From Hyphomicrobiales bacterium (GTDB lineage Bacteria; Pseudomonadota; Alphaproteobacteria; Rhizobiales; UBA4765), in NCBI GenBank assembly GCA_019748135.1, contig JAIEPZ010000018.1, positions 12,902-76,901 of the forward strand: 64,000 bases of DNA, in the 5' to 3' direction. The notes beneath the pieces were generated by a model. It searched no databases. It worked only from the letters and a program-made list of their open reading frames with translations, and was not told the DNA's origin. The position numbers were made by a program, and so were the translations under genes. Below, in pieces: positions 53,035 through 63,026 of this stretch. Each line of letters begins with the position of its first letter. The first letter of the stretch is position 1.

Positions 53035-55398
53035 TTATTCGGCAGCCGCCAATTTCTGCTGGCTCTGCGCCACTTTCCACACCGCTTGCGGTGTTGCCGG
53101 CATGGCCACGGCTTCCGTGCCCAACGCATCCGTCATCGCATTCATGACAGCGGCTGGCGCGGCAATGGCGCCCGCCTCGCCACAACCCTTGATGCCAAGC
53201 GGATTGGACGGACATCTTGTCTCGGTGAAGCCAAGTTTGAAGGACGGCAGATTATCCGCGCGGGGCATGCAGTAATCCATATAGCTTGCCGTCAGAAGCT
53301 GGCCACTGGCGTCATAGACGGCACCTTCCGTGAGCGCCTGCCCGATCCCCTGGGCGATGCCGCCATGAACCTGACCCTCGACGATCATCGGATTGATGAG
53401 AACGCCGAAATCATCGACCGCCGTATAGTTGGCGATCTCGGTAACTCCCGTTTCCGGGTCGATTTCAACCTCGCAGATATGGCAGCCGGCGGGAAATGTG
53501 AAATTGGTCGGGTCGTAGAAAGCTCCTTCCTTCAGCCCCGGCTCGATTTCCGACGTGGGGAATTTGTGGGCGACGTAGGCGTTGAGCGCGACATCGGCGA
53601 ACGCCACTGATTTGTCGGTGCCCTTGACGGTGAACTTGCCATCCTTGAAGTCGATATCGGCTTCAGCTGCTTCCAGAAGGTGGGCCGCCACCTTCTTGGC
53701 CTTGGCCTCGACCTTGTCGAGCGCCTTGACGATAGCCGACATGCCGACCGCGCCTGAACGCGAGCCATAGGTTCCCATGCCGAACTGAACCTTGTCCGTG
53801 TCGCCGTGAACGATATTGATGCTCTCCATTGGCACGCCGAGGCGCTCGGACACCAATTGCGCAAACGTTGTCTCATGACCCTGGCCATGGGCATGCGAAC
53901 CGGTCAACACCTCGACCGAGCCGGTGGGATTGACGCGCACCTCGGCTGATTCCCACAGGCCGACGCCAGCACCAAGCGATCCCACGGCCTGTGACGGGGC
54001 AATGCCGCACGCCTCGATATAGGTTGAATAGCCAAGGCCGCGCAGCCTGCCGCGCCGCGCCGCTTCACGCTTGCGCTTGCCGAAGCCCTTGACGTCGGCG
54101 ATCTCCATCGCTTTGTCGAGCGACGCGCGATAATCACCAGCGTCATACATCATGATGACCGGCGTCTGATGCGGGAATTTGCGCACGAAATTGCGCTTGC
54201 GCAGATCGGCCGGATCAAGACCCATCTGGCGGGCGGCAGTCTCGATGATCCGCTCGACCACGAACGTCGCTTCCGGGCGCCCGGCCCCGCGATAGGCATC
54301 AACCGGCGCGGTGTTGGTATAGACAGCATCGACTTCAGCGTAGATCGCCGGAATATCATACTGGCCCGACAGCAGTGTTGCGTAGAGATAGGTCGGCACC
54401 GAGGATGAAAAGGTCGACAGATAAGCGCCAAGATTGGCGATGGTCTTGACCCTGAGGGCGAGAATTTTGCCCTTGGCGTCCATCGCCAGCTCGGCATGGG
54501 TGACATGATCACGCCCATGCGCATCCGACAGAAAGGCTTCCGTGCGGTCGCTCACCCATTTGACCGGCCGCCCCACCTTCTTGGACGCCCAGACCGCAAC
54601 CGTTTCCTCCGCATAGATGAATATCTTCGAGCCGAAACCACCGCCGACATCTGGCGCAATCACCCTGAGCTTGTTTTCCGGCGCGATACCGATGAACGCC
54701 GACAGCACGAGGCGTGCCACATGCGGATTTTGCGAGGTTGTCCACAGCGTGTAGGCGCCCTGTCCCGGGTCATATTCGCCAATCGCTGCCCGTGGCTCCA
54801 TGGCGTTGGGCACCAGACGGTTGTTGACGAGATCGATCTTGGTCACGTGATGGGCCGCACCAAAAGCGGCTTCGGTCGCCGCCTTGTCGCCGATTGCCCA
54901 TTCAAACACCGTATTGCGCGGGGCAACGTCATGGAGCTGGGTTTTCGCCGCCTGTGCGCCCGCCGTATCGATAACCGCCGGCAGCACCTCGTAATCAACG
55001 ATGATCTTTTCAGCCCCGTCGCGCGCTTCGGCAAGCGTTTCGGCAATGACGACCGCCACATGATCGCCGACATAGCGCACCTTGCCCTGCGCCAGTGCCG
55101 GGTGCGCGCCTGCCTTCATCGCTGACCCATCCTTGGAATGGATCATCCAGCCGCAGATAAGGCCGCCGATCTTGTCAGCCGCCAGATCATCACCTGTAAA
55201 TACCCCGAGCACGCCGGGCGCCGCTTTCGCTGCCGCGATATCCAGACGCCTGATGACGGCATGCGCATGGGGCGAGCGCAGGAAATAGGCGTGAACATGC
55301 CCCGGCCGGCTGACATCATCCGTATATTGTCCACTGCCCGTGATAAAACGCTGATCTTCCTTGCGCTTAACCGAAGCGCCGATCCCTGTCTTGGTCAT
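53035..55398 (-). CDS. molybdopterin-binding large subunit, form-II CoxL-like
   Basis: 787 aa from the ATG at 55398, with GGGAGA upstream. N-terminal 'GASVKRKEDQRFITG'. The active-site loop 'VDAYRGAGRPEA' is the form-II signature, not VAYRCSFR. Confidence 0.92.
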   Translation of the reverse strand: MTKTGIGASVKRKEDQRFITGSGQYTDDVSRPGHVHAYFLRSPHAHAVIRRLDIAAAKAAPGVLGVFTGDDLAADKIGGLICGWMIHSKDGSAMKAGAHPALAQGKVRYVGDHVAVVIAETLAEARDGAEKIIVDYEVLPAVIDTAGAQAAKTQLHDVAPRNTVFEWAIGDKAATEAAFGAAHHVTKIDLVNNRLVPNAMEPRAAIGEYDPGQGAYTLWTTSQNPHVARLVLSAFIGIAPENKLRVIAPDVGGGFGSKIFIYAEETVAVWASKKVGRPVKWVSDRTEAFLSDAHGRDHVTHAELAMDAKGKILALRVKTIANLGAYLSTFSSSVPTYLYATLLSGQYDIPAIYAEVDAVYTNTAPVDAYRGAGRPEATFVVERIIETAARQMGLDPADLRKRNFVRKFPHQTPVIMMYDAGDYRASLDKAMEIADVKGFGKRKREAARRGRLRGLGYSTYIEACGIAPSQAVGSLGAGVGLWESAEVRVNPTGSVEVLTGSHAHGQGHETTFAQLVSERLGVPMESINIVHGDTDKVQFGMGTYGSRSGAVGMSAIVKALDKVEAKAKKVAAHLLEAAEADIDFKDGKFTVKGTDKSVAFADVALNAYVAHKFPTSEIEPGLKEGAFYDPTNFTFPAGCHICEVEIDPETGVTEIANYTAVDDFGVLINPMIVEGQVHGGIAQGIGQALTEGAVYDASGQLLTASYMDYCMPRADNLPSFKLGFTETRCPSNPLGIKGCGEAGAIAAPAAVMNAMTDALGTEAVAMPATPQAVWKVAQSQQKLAAAE

Positions 55399-55429
55399 GG
55401 ATTTTCTCCCGCAACATATTTTTTGATTT

Positions 55430-55936
55430 TTATTCAGCAGCCTGACGATGTTGACCCTTCGCCATTTCGTGGCAGCCGGCATCAATCGCCTTGACGATAT
55501 TGTGGTAACCCGTGCAGCGGCAGATATTGCCCTCAAGCTCCTCGCGGATGGTGTGCTCGTCAGGCGTGCCCAGACGCTGCGCCATATCAACCGCCGTCAT
55601 GATCATACCCGGCGTGCAGAAGCCGCATTGCAGGCCATGATGCTCACGGAATGCTTCCTGCATGGGATGGAGTTTGTCGCCATGGGCGAGCCCCTCGATT
55701 GTCACCACCTGCGCGCCCTCGCATTGACTGGCCAGGATCGTGCAAGATTTCACCGCCTTGCCGTCGACATGAACGACACAGGCGCCGCATTGGCTGGTGT
55801 CACAGCCGACATGGGTGCCAGTCAGCCGCAGCCCCTCGCGCAGATACTGCACCAGCAGCGTGCGTGCTTCGAGCCTTGCCGAAACATCCTGTCCATTGAC
55901 CGTCATGGCGACGGCGATTTTCGGTGTCTGCGCCAT
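55430..55936 (-). CDS. (2Fe-2S)-binding small subunit (CoxS-like)
   Basis: '[12 protein letters not shown]', 'CGFCTPGMI' and 'CRCTGY'. Confidence 0.93.
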   Translation of the reverse strand: MAQTPKIAVAMTVNGQDVSARLEARTLLVQYLREGLRLTGTHVGCDTSQCGACVVHVDGKAVKSCTILASQCEGAQVVTIEGLAHGDKLHPMQEAFREHHGLQCGFCTPGMIMTAVDMAQRLGTPDEHTIREELEGNICRCTGYHNIVKAIDAGCHEMAKGQHRQAAE

Positions 55937-56344
55937 AGTCTCCCTCCTGCGATATCATTGGCACCGGTGGCGAAAAATCCGCCGCGGTGTTGAATTTTTG
56001 GGCGTGGCGGTTGCCGGCGCCTTGCGTCATGGTTTCACGCACAGGCCAAGTGTGGTCCCATCCCCAAACCGGGTCAAGTGTCGAGAAAACGGAAATCAAA
56101 ATTTCCGCACTGCAAAAATAATCACAAAAATCAGTGTTTTTCGAAATTTCTGCAATGGCTGTCCTGGTCGGATATCGCTCTGCGCCGTGCCGCGCGATAC
56201 GCCCGATTGACGCAACGGCATCGCGATTAACCACGAGGCAGCACCGACCAACAATCAAGCTTGGCAGATACTTAACAATCAGCGTAGCATGGCAGCGTTG
56301 CAATGATGGCGGGCCAACCGTCGCTGGGACAGGGACAGGGTATC

Positions 56345-57262
56345 GTGGAGTATTTTGCACAGCAATTAATCAACGGCGTCACCCTTGGCTCCATCTATGG
56401 TCTGATCGCCATCGGCTACACCATGGTCTTTGGCATCATCGGCATGGTGAACTTTGCCCATGGCGACCTGTTCATGGTCTCGTCCTTTATCGCGCTGCTG
56501 GTCTTTTTGTTTGTGACCACCATTGTCGGCATCACGTCGTTGTTCATCACACTGACCATCGTCCTGCTGGCATCGATGTTTTTGACCTCTCTGATCAACT
56601 GGGTGATCGAAAAATCGGCCTATCGCCCGCTGCGCGGTTCATTCCGCCTGGCGCCGCTGATTTCCGCCATCGGCATGTCGATTCTCCTGATGAATTTCAT
56701 CCAGGTGGCGCAGGGCGCGCGCAACAAGCCGCTGGCACCCATGCTGACCGACGTCATCAAGATCGCCGGCGACGGTAATTTCGTTGTAGCCATCTCCTAT
56801 AAGCAGATCGTTATCGTTGCGGTGACGGCCCTTCTGCTGGCGGTGTTCTGGTATCTGGTGCAGCGCACACCGCTTGGTCGCGCGCAACGCGCCTGCGAGC
56901 AGGATAGCCGCATGGCAGCTCTCCTCGGCGTCAATGTCGACCGCACGATTTCCATCACCTTCGTCATGGGCGCAGCCCTCGCCGCCGTCGCGGGCACGAT
57001 GTATCTCGTCTATTATGGCGTGGTGAATTTCGCCGATGGCTTCGTACCCGGCGTCAAAGCTTTCACCGCCGCTGTTCTGGGCGGCATCGGCTCCCTTCCC
57101 GGCGCGGTTGTCGGCGGCCTGCTTATCGGCCTCATCGAGACTTTCTGGTCGGCTTATTTCTCAATCGAATACAAGGATGTCGCTGCCTTCTCTATTCTCG
57201 CCGTGGTGTTGATTTTCATGCCGCAAGGCCTGCTTGGCAAACCTGAAGTCGAGAAGGTCTGA
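56345..57262 (+). CDS. livH: branched-chain amino acid ABC transporter permease
   Basis: '(M)EYFAQQLINGVTLGSIYGLIAIGYTMVFG' from GTG 56345. The track's upstream extension is non-homologous. Confidence 0.9.
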   Translation: MEYFAQQLINGVTLGSIYGLIAIGYTMVFGIIGMVNFAHGDLFMVSSFIALLVFLFVTTIVGITSLFITLTIVLLASMFLTSLINWVIEKSAYRPLRGSFRLAPLISAIGMSILLMNFIQVAQGARNKPLAPMLTDVIKIAGDGNFVVAISYKQIVIVAVTALLLAVFWYLVQRTPLGRAQRACEQDSRMAALLGVNVDRTISITFVMGAALAAVAGTMYLVYYGVVNFADGFVPGVKAFTAAVLGGIGSLPGAVVGGLLIGLIETFWSAYFSIEYKDVAAFSILAVVLIFMPQGLLGKPEVEKV

Positions 57263-57265
57263 GCG

Positions 57266-58687
57266 ATGGCCGCGATGCAATCCCCCGCGGTCGACCCGGC
57301 GATGAAGCCTGGACCGGACTATGGCGCCGCCTTCAAGGATGCCTGTCTCGCCGGCATCATCGCTTTTCTCATCTTCGGCCTGCTGCTGGGCTACGAGACC
57401 CAGCAAACGCTGACGAACGAGATCATTCTCGTCCCGCGCACGATGTTGCTGGCAAGCGTCGTCGCCATTGTCATCATCGGCCGTTTTCTGATCAATCTGT
57501 GGTCTGCTCATCGCGCGCACTCGCTCAAAACCGCGCCGAGCAAGACGACCAATCCCCTGCTTTTGAAGCTCGAAGCGCAGGCCGGCCCCGCCTTTCTGAT
57601 CGCTGCCGTCCTCTTTCCGGTGATCGTCATCATCTCCACCGGCGAATTGCAGTCATCGCGCTATCTCGTCGATCTTGGGATCCTGCTGCTCACTTATGTG
57701 ATGCTCGGCTGGGGGCTCAATGTCGTTGTCGGCCTCGCCGGCCTTCTCGATCTGGGTTATGTCGCCTTCTACGCGGTTGGCGCCTATACCTACGCGCTGC
57801 TCGCAACCACGCTCGTCAAACTGCCGGGCCTTGAATGGCTGGCCCCGTGGATGTTCTGGATCTGCCTGCCGGTCTCGGGGCTTCTGGCGGCTTTGTGGGG
57901 CGTCATTCTGGGCTTTCCCGTATTGCGTCTGCGCGGCGATTATCTGGCCATTGTCACGCTCGCCTTCGGCGAAATCATCCGCCTCGTTCTGATCAACTGG
58001 GTCGATGTGACCAATGGCGGGGCTGGCATTTCCTCCATCCCGCGTCCGACCTTTTTCGGCCTGCCGTTCAGCGCCGCCGATAACGGCTTTGCTGCGACCT
58101 TCGGCATCACCTTTGATCCGATGCACCGCATCATCTTTCTCTATTATGTCATCGTGGCACTTGCAGCGGTCACCTTCATCGTGACGCTGCGCCTGCGCCG
58201 GCTGCCTATCGGGCGCGCCTGGGAAGCGCTGCGCGAGGACGAGATCGCCTGCCGCTCGCTTGGCATCAACACCACCAACACCAAGCTCACCGCCTTTTCC
58301 ATCGGCGCCATGTTCGGTGGCTTTGCCGGCTGCTTTTTTGCGGCAAGGCAGGGGTTCATCTCGCCCGAGAGCTTCATCTTCATGGAATCAGCGATCATTC
58401 TGGCCATCGTCGTCCTCGGCGGGCTGGGCTCAATGCTGGGCGTCATCATCGCCACCATGGTGCTCATCGGCGGCCCGGAAATGCTGCGCAATGTCGAGAG
58501 CCTCCGCCTGGTGTTCGGCAGCGATTTCGATCCCACCAAATACCGCATGCTGATCCTTGGCATTGGCATGGTGCTCATCATGATATGGAAGCCGCGCGGC
58601 CTTATTTCGACGCGAGAACCAACGGTGACGCTCGGTAAAAAAGCGCAAGCCATCTCCGGCGATTTCGTCAAGGAGGGGCACGGCTGA
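57266..58687 (+). CDS. livM: branched-chain amino acid ABC transporter permease (long LivM type)
   Basis: '[19 protein letters not shown]' and '[18 protein letters not shown]'. Confidence 0.9.
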   Translation: MAAMQSPAVDPAMKPGPDYGAAFKDACLAGIIAFLIFGLLLGYETQQTLTNEIILVPRTMLLASVVAIVIIGRFLINLWSAHRAHSLKTAPSKTTNPLLLKLEAQAGPAFLIAAVLFPVIVIISTGELQSSRYLVDLGILLLTYVMLGWGLNVVVGLAGLLDLGYVAFYAVGAYTYALLATTLVKLPGLEWLAPWMFWICLPVSGLLAALWGVILGFPVLRLRGDYLAIVTLAFGEIIRLVLINWVDVTNGGAGISSIPRPTFFGLPFSAADNGFAATFGITFDPMHRIIFLYYVIVALAAVTFIVTLRLRRLPIGRAWEALREDEIACRSLGINTTNTKLTAFSIGAMFGGFAGCFFAARQGFISPESFIFMESAIILAIVVLGGLGSMLGVIIATMVLIGGPEMLRNVESLRLVFGSDFDPTKYRMLILGIGMVLIMIWKPRGLISTREPTVTLGKKAQAISGDFVKEGHG

Positions 58688-59604
58688 TGCAAGTCCCTCT
58701 CTGGGAACACGACACGATCCTCAGTGTCGAACGCCTGACGATGCGCTTTGGCGGCCTCATTGCGATCAACGAGCTCTCCTTCAAGGCGGCACGCGGACAC
58801 ATCACCGCTGTCATCGGCCCCAATGGCGCCGGCAAGACCACCGTCTTCAACTGCATCACCGGCTTCTATAAGCCAACCGAAGGCCGCCTGGTTCTTTATC
58901 ACGGCAAGCCGGAAAGCGACCTCCTCACCCCCCTCACCGACGGCGCGACACCTGATATCAGCGACCAGCACGGTCGGGTTTTCCTGCTGGAGCGCCTGCC
59001 CGACTATCTGGTGGCGCAAAAGGCGCGGGTTGCCCGCACTTTTCAGAATATCCGCCTGTTTTCCGGCATGACGGTTCTGGAAAACCTGCTGGTTGCCCAG
59101 CATAACAATCTGATGAAGGCCTCAGGCTGGACACTCAAGGGTATCCTTGGGCTCAAAAGCTATCGCCAGGCGGAGGCAGCAGCCATCGACAAGGCGCGGC
59201 AATGGCTTGAGCGCATCCATCTCACCGCGCGCGCCGATGATGCCGCCGGCGCGCTTCCCTATGGCGATCAGCGCCGGCTGGAAATTGCCCGCGCCATGTG
59301 CTCGGACCCGCAACTGCTCTGCCTTGATGAACCAGCCGCCGGCCTCAATCCGAAGGAAAGCGGCGAATTGAACGCCCTGCTGCGTGGCATCCGGGCCGAA
59401 GGCCTGACCTCGATCCTGCTGATCGAGCACGATATGTCGGTGGTGATGGAAATTTCCGACCACGTCGTGGTTCTTGATTATGGCACCAAGATTTCCGATG
59501 GCACGCCCGATTTCGTGCGCAACGACCCCAAGGTCATTGCCGCTTATCTGGGCGCCGAGGACGAAGGCGAAGTCAAGGCCATCGAAGCGGAGGTGGGCGT
59601 ATGA
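58687..59604 (+). CDS. livG: branched-chain amino acid ABC transporter ATP-binding protein
   Basis: Walker A 'GPNGAGKTT', 'RTFQNIRLF' and 'LCLDEPAAGL'. It carries a ~40-aa insertion relative to the short LivG I remember. Confidence 0.92.
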   Translation: MQVPLWEHDTILSVERLTMRFGGLIAINELSFKAARGHITAVIGPNGAGKTTVFNCITGFYKPTEGRLVLYHGKPESDLLTPLTDGATPDISDQHGRVFLLERLPDYLVAQKARVARTFQNIRLFSGMTVLENLLVAQHNNLMKASGWTLKGILGLKSYRQAEAAAIDKARQWLERIHLTARADDAAGALPYGDQRRLEIARAMCSDPQLLCLDEPAAGLNPKESGELNALLRGIRAEGLTSILLIEHDMSVVMEISDHVVVLDYGTKISDGTPDFVRNDPKVIAAYLGAEDEGEVKAIEAEVGV

Positions 59605-60323
59605 CCACCCTCCTGTCGGTTCGCGGCGTTAAAACCTATTACGGCTCGATCATCGCTCTCAAAGGCGTTGATATTGATGTCGAGGAAGGGAAGATCACGA
59701 CGCTCATCGGCGCCAACGGCGCGGGCAAATCGACATTGATGATGACGATCTGCGGCACGCCGCGCGCCCGCGAAGGCAAGATCACGTTTGACGGCAAGGA
59801 CATCACCGCCCTGCCGACGCACGAGATCATGAGCCTGTCGATTGCCCAATCGCCCGAGGGCCGGCGCATTTTTCCCCGCATGACGGTGTATGAAAACCTC
59901 CAGATGGGCGCGGCCATCAACCAGCTTGCCTATTTCAAGGAAGATCTGGAGCGTGTCTGCGATCTCTTTCCGCGCCTCAGGGAAAGGCTGCAGCAGCGGG
60001 GCGGCACGCTGTCGGGCGGCGAACAACAGATGCTGGCAATTGCCCGCGCGCTGATGAGCCGGCCGCGCCTGCTGCTGCTTGATGAACCCTCGCTCGGCCT
60101 TGCGCCCTTGATCGTCAAGCAGATCTTCGAGATCATCGCCACCCTCAACAAGCGGGATGGATTAAGCGTCTTTTTGGTGGAGCAGAACGCCTACCACGCC
60201 CTCAAGCTCGCCCATCGCGGCTACGTGATGGTGAATGGGGTCATCACCCTGTCGGGCTCGGGCGCCGAATTGCTCGAGCGGCCTGAGGTGCGTGCCGCCT
60301 ATCTCGAAGGCGGGAGGCACTGA
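59601..60323 (+). CDS. livF: branched-chain amino acid ABC transporter ATP-binding protein
   Basis: 'GANGAGKST', 'LSGGEQQMLAIARAL' and 'LLLLDEPSLGL'. Confidence 0.93.
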   Translation: MTTLLSVRGVKTYYGSIIALKGVDIDVEEGKITTLIGANGAGKSTLMMTICGTPRAREGKITFDGKDITALPTHEIMSLSIAQSPEGRRIFPRMTVYENLQMGAAINQLAYFKEDLERVCDLFPRLRERLQQRGGTLSGGEQQMLAIARALMSRPRLLLLDEPSLGLAPLIVKQIFEIIATLNKRDGLSVFLVEQNAYHALKLAHRGYVMVNGVITLSGSGAELLERPEVRAAYLEGGRH

Positions 60324-60772
60324 TGGAGCGCGCAGTCAACGCCAATGGCGGTACCACTATCATCCTCTTGCCCTTCATCGCCCTCACCTTGATGTTGCTG
60401 GCAGCGATTGTGCGCCCGACGCTTGTCATCGAGGCCGGCATCGGCGATTTCCTGGTGATCACCTGTGCCATTGCCGCGTGGGCAGCCTGGCGCTTCGGAT
60501 CGGCGATTGCCGCCACATGGCGCCCTTACACCCAGGTCGTGCTCTACGCCCTGCCGTTCGCCCTCGTCGTGCGCTGGGTTCACTATGCGCTGTTCAACGG
60601 CACCCTGCTGTCGCTTCATTATTATCTGGTCGACCTCGTTGTCGTGCTGTCTCTGGCAACACTTGGCTATTTTCGCGTGAGAGCCAGCCAGATGGTGCGG
60701 CAATATCACTGGCTTTATACCAAGAAGGGCCTTTTTTCCTGGATACGCGCTGTGCCAGCGGAGGATGAATGA
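60323..60772 (+). CDS. four-TM membrane protein coupled to livF (hypothetical, DUF-type)
   Basis: 149 aa. The start overlaps the livF stop. It contains several hydrophobic helices. Confidence 0.62.
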   Translation: MERAVNANGGTTIILLPFIALTLMLLAAIVRPTLVIEAGIGDFLVITCAIAAWAAWRFGSAIAATWRPYTQVVLYALPFALVVRWVHYALFNGTLLSLHYYLVDLVVVLSLATLGYFRVRASQMVRQYHWLYTKKGLFSWIRAVPAEDE

Positions 60773-60983
60773 TCTCTGCCTCCAGCCCTTTCCTTAAGTT
60801 TGCGCCTCTCGTTTTACGCTCTCCCGGGGCATTTGCCCCTGAAGTCGCTGCCGCCGCAGCGCAGAATCGGCCCCTCACGGGCAAGATTTCGGCGAAACCA
60901 TGGACGGACAGCCAAAGTCGGGCTAAAATCCCGCCAGCTGGGCCGTTGAAGTGCCACAGTGTTCATTGAATAGGGAGACTACC

Positions 60984-62111
60984 ATGTCCATCAAGCTGAC
61001 CAAACGTCAGGTCTTGCTCGGCGGTGCGGCCGCCGGCGTCGGTTTGACGCTCGGCACCGAAGCCAGCTTCGCACAGGCCACCCTCAAATTCGGTTGCGGC
61101 GGGCCGCTCACCGGCCCGAACGCCTCGTTCGGTGAACAGCTCCGCCGCGGCACCCAGGCCGCTGTCGATGCCGTCAATGCCGCCGGCGGCATGAACGGCG
61201 CCAAGATCGCCCTGCAATTTGGCGATGACCGTTCCGACCCGAAGGAAGGGGTCTCGGTCGCCAACAAATTTGCGTCCGACGGTGTCAAATTCGTCGTTGG
61301 TCACTTCAATTCGGGCGTCACCATTCCCGCTTCCGAAGTTTACGCCGAAGCGGGCGCGGCGATGATGACACCATCTGCCACCAACCCCACCATCACCGAG
61401 CGTGGTCTGTGGAACGTCGCTCGCACTTGCGGTCGTGACGACCAGCAGGGCGTGATCGCCGGCGAATACATTGTCAAGAACAAGAAGACCGCCAAGGTCG
61501 CCGTCGTTCATGACAAGACGCCTTACGGCAAGGGTCTTGCTGATTTTACCAAGGCGACCATGAACAAGGGTGGCGTCACCGAGGTGATGTATGAAGGCAT
61601 CAATGTCGGCGAGAAGGATTTTTCCGCGCTCGTCTCCAAGATGAAGCAGGCCAATGTCGACCTCATCTACTGGGGCGGCCTGCACACCGAAGGCGGCCTC
61701 ATCGTCCGCCAGATGCGCGACCAGGGCCTCAACGCCGTGATGATGTCGGCTGACGGCATCACGACCAAGGAGTTCTGGACTGTTGCTGGTCCGGGCGCCG
61801 AAGGCACGCTGATGACCTTCCCGCCCGAACCGCGCAACAACCCGGCCGCCAAGGACGCGGTCGCCAAGTTCAAGGCCGCCGGCTACGATCCGGAAGCCTA
61901 CACCCTGTATTCCTATGCCGCAGTGGAGATCTTCGCTGCCGCCGCTGCCGAAGCCAAGACCAACGATCCCAAGAAGGTCATGGAAACCATCCGCAACGGC
62001 AAGGCCTGGCCGACGGTTATCGGCCCCATCGCTTATGACAAGAAGGGCGATATCACCCGCCCTGACTACGTCATGTATGTGTGGAAGGCCGGCAATTACG
62101 TCGAACTCTGA
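60984..62111 (+). CDS. branched-chain amino acid ABC transporter substrate-binding protein
   Basis: Signal 'LLGGAAAGVGLTLGTEASFA'. Also 'GGPLTGPNASFGEQ' and 'VVGHFNSGVTIPAS'. GGGAGA lies upstream of the ATG at 60984. Confidence 0.9.
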   Translation: MSIKLTKRQVLLGGAAAGVGLTLGTEASFAQATLKFGCGGPLTGPNASFGEQLRRGTQAAVDAVNAAGGMNGAKIALQFGDDRSDPKEGVSVANKFASDGVKFVVGHFNSGVTIPASEVYAEAGAAMMTPSATNPTITERGLWNVARTCGRDDQQGVIAGEYIVKNKKTAKVAVVHDKTPYGKGLADFTKATMNKGGVTEVMYEGINVGEKDFSALVSKMKQANVDLIYWGGLHTEGGLIVRQMRDQGLNAVMMSADGITTKEFWTVAGPGAEGTLMTFPPEPRNNPAAKDAVAKFKAAGYDPEAYTLYSYAAVEIFAAAAAEAKTNDPKKVMETIRNGKAWPTVIGPIAYDKKGDITRPDYVMYVWKAGNYVEL

Positions 62112-62134
62112 GATGTGATGTCCTGATTTGAGCG

Positions 62135-62166
62135 AACGCCCGCCCCTCGAAAGGCGGGCGTTTTGC
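62135..62166 (+). terminator. rho-independent terminator
   Basis: 10-bp stem AACGCCCGCC/GGCGGGCGTT, then TTTTGCTG. Confidence 0.7.
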
Positions 62167-62183
62167 TGTCCTCCCGGTAGCGC

Positions 62184-62915
62184 TTACCCCAACCGCGCCA
62201 GGACCGGGAATGTCTCCAGCATCCAGATGGCGACCGTACTGATCGTGCCCGTGAGAAAGAGGATTCCGGTGGCAACCAACGCCCCGCCCATGACTTTTTC
62301 CACGATCGGCAGAAAGCGCCGAAACCGCAGCGACGCTGCAAGAAATGGCCCGATGGCAAATGCCGCGAGCATGAAGGGGACGCCGAGCCCGGCTGAATAG
62401 ACAGCAAGCAGACCGATACCGCTCCACACCGTGTTTTCGCTCGCCGCCACGGCGAGAATTGCCGCCAGCACCGGACCGATGCACGGCGTCCAGCCAAACG
62501 CAAAAGCAAGCCCCATGAGGAAGGCTCCCGCAAAGCCGGCCTGCCGCGGCGCCTCGAACCGCGCTTCGCGATAAAGCAGCGCCAGGCGAAAAAGCCCAAG
62601 AAAATGCAGGCCCATGATGATGATCAGGACGCCGGCAATCTGCCCGAGCAGCGCCAGATGGCGCGCAAGCGCCTGCCCCAGCACCGAGGCGGTAGCTCCC
62701 AATGTGATGAAAACGGTTGAAAAACCGAGCACGAACATGAGCGCGCTCACCACCACCCGGCGCCGGTCAAGCGGTTGTGCCCTCTCATCGGACGTCAGCT
62801 GATCAAAGCTCACGCCGGCGAGATAGCACAGATAAGGCGGCACGAGCGGCAGCACGCACGGGCTGAGGAACGACAGCAGCCCTGCCCCGAACGCCGCTAA
62901 TATTGTGACCGTCAT
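62184..62915 (-). CDS. ccdA: cytochrome c biogenesis protein CcdA (DsbD-family thiol-disulfide transporter)
   Basis: 'LSFLSPCVLPLVPPYL' and 'FGWTPCIGPVLAAIL'. Confidence 0.88.
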   Translation of the reverse strand: MTVTILAAFGAGLLSFLSPCVLPLVPPYLCYLAGVSFDQLTSDERAQPLDRRRVVVSALMFVLGFSTVFITLGATASVLGQALARHLALLGQIAGVLIIIMGLHFLGLFRLALLYREARFEAPRQAGFAGAFLMGLAFAFGWTPCIGPVLAAILAVAASENTVWSGIGLLAVYSAGLGVPFMLAAFAIGPFLAASLRFRRFLPIVEKVMGGALVATGILFLTGTISTVAIWMLETFPVLARLG

Positions 62916-63026
62916 GTCTTTACCTTGTCCGCGCCTGCATAGAACGCTCAAACCCTTGCACCGACGGCGATTACCCGCCACAACCGCGCCGGCGCCATGC
63001 CTTAGCTCAAGGAAGGTTCACTCGCC

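Noticed and set aside
53035-55398. Calling the large subunit a genuine aerobic CO dehydrogenase (CoxL form I).
   Set aside because: The active-site loop is AYRGAGR, not VAYRCSFR, and the gene order is S-L-M rather than M-S-L. I therefore kept it as a form-II / unknown-substrate molybdenum hydroxylase.
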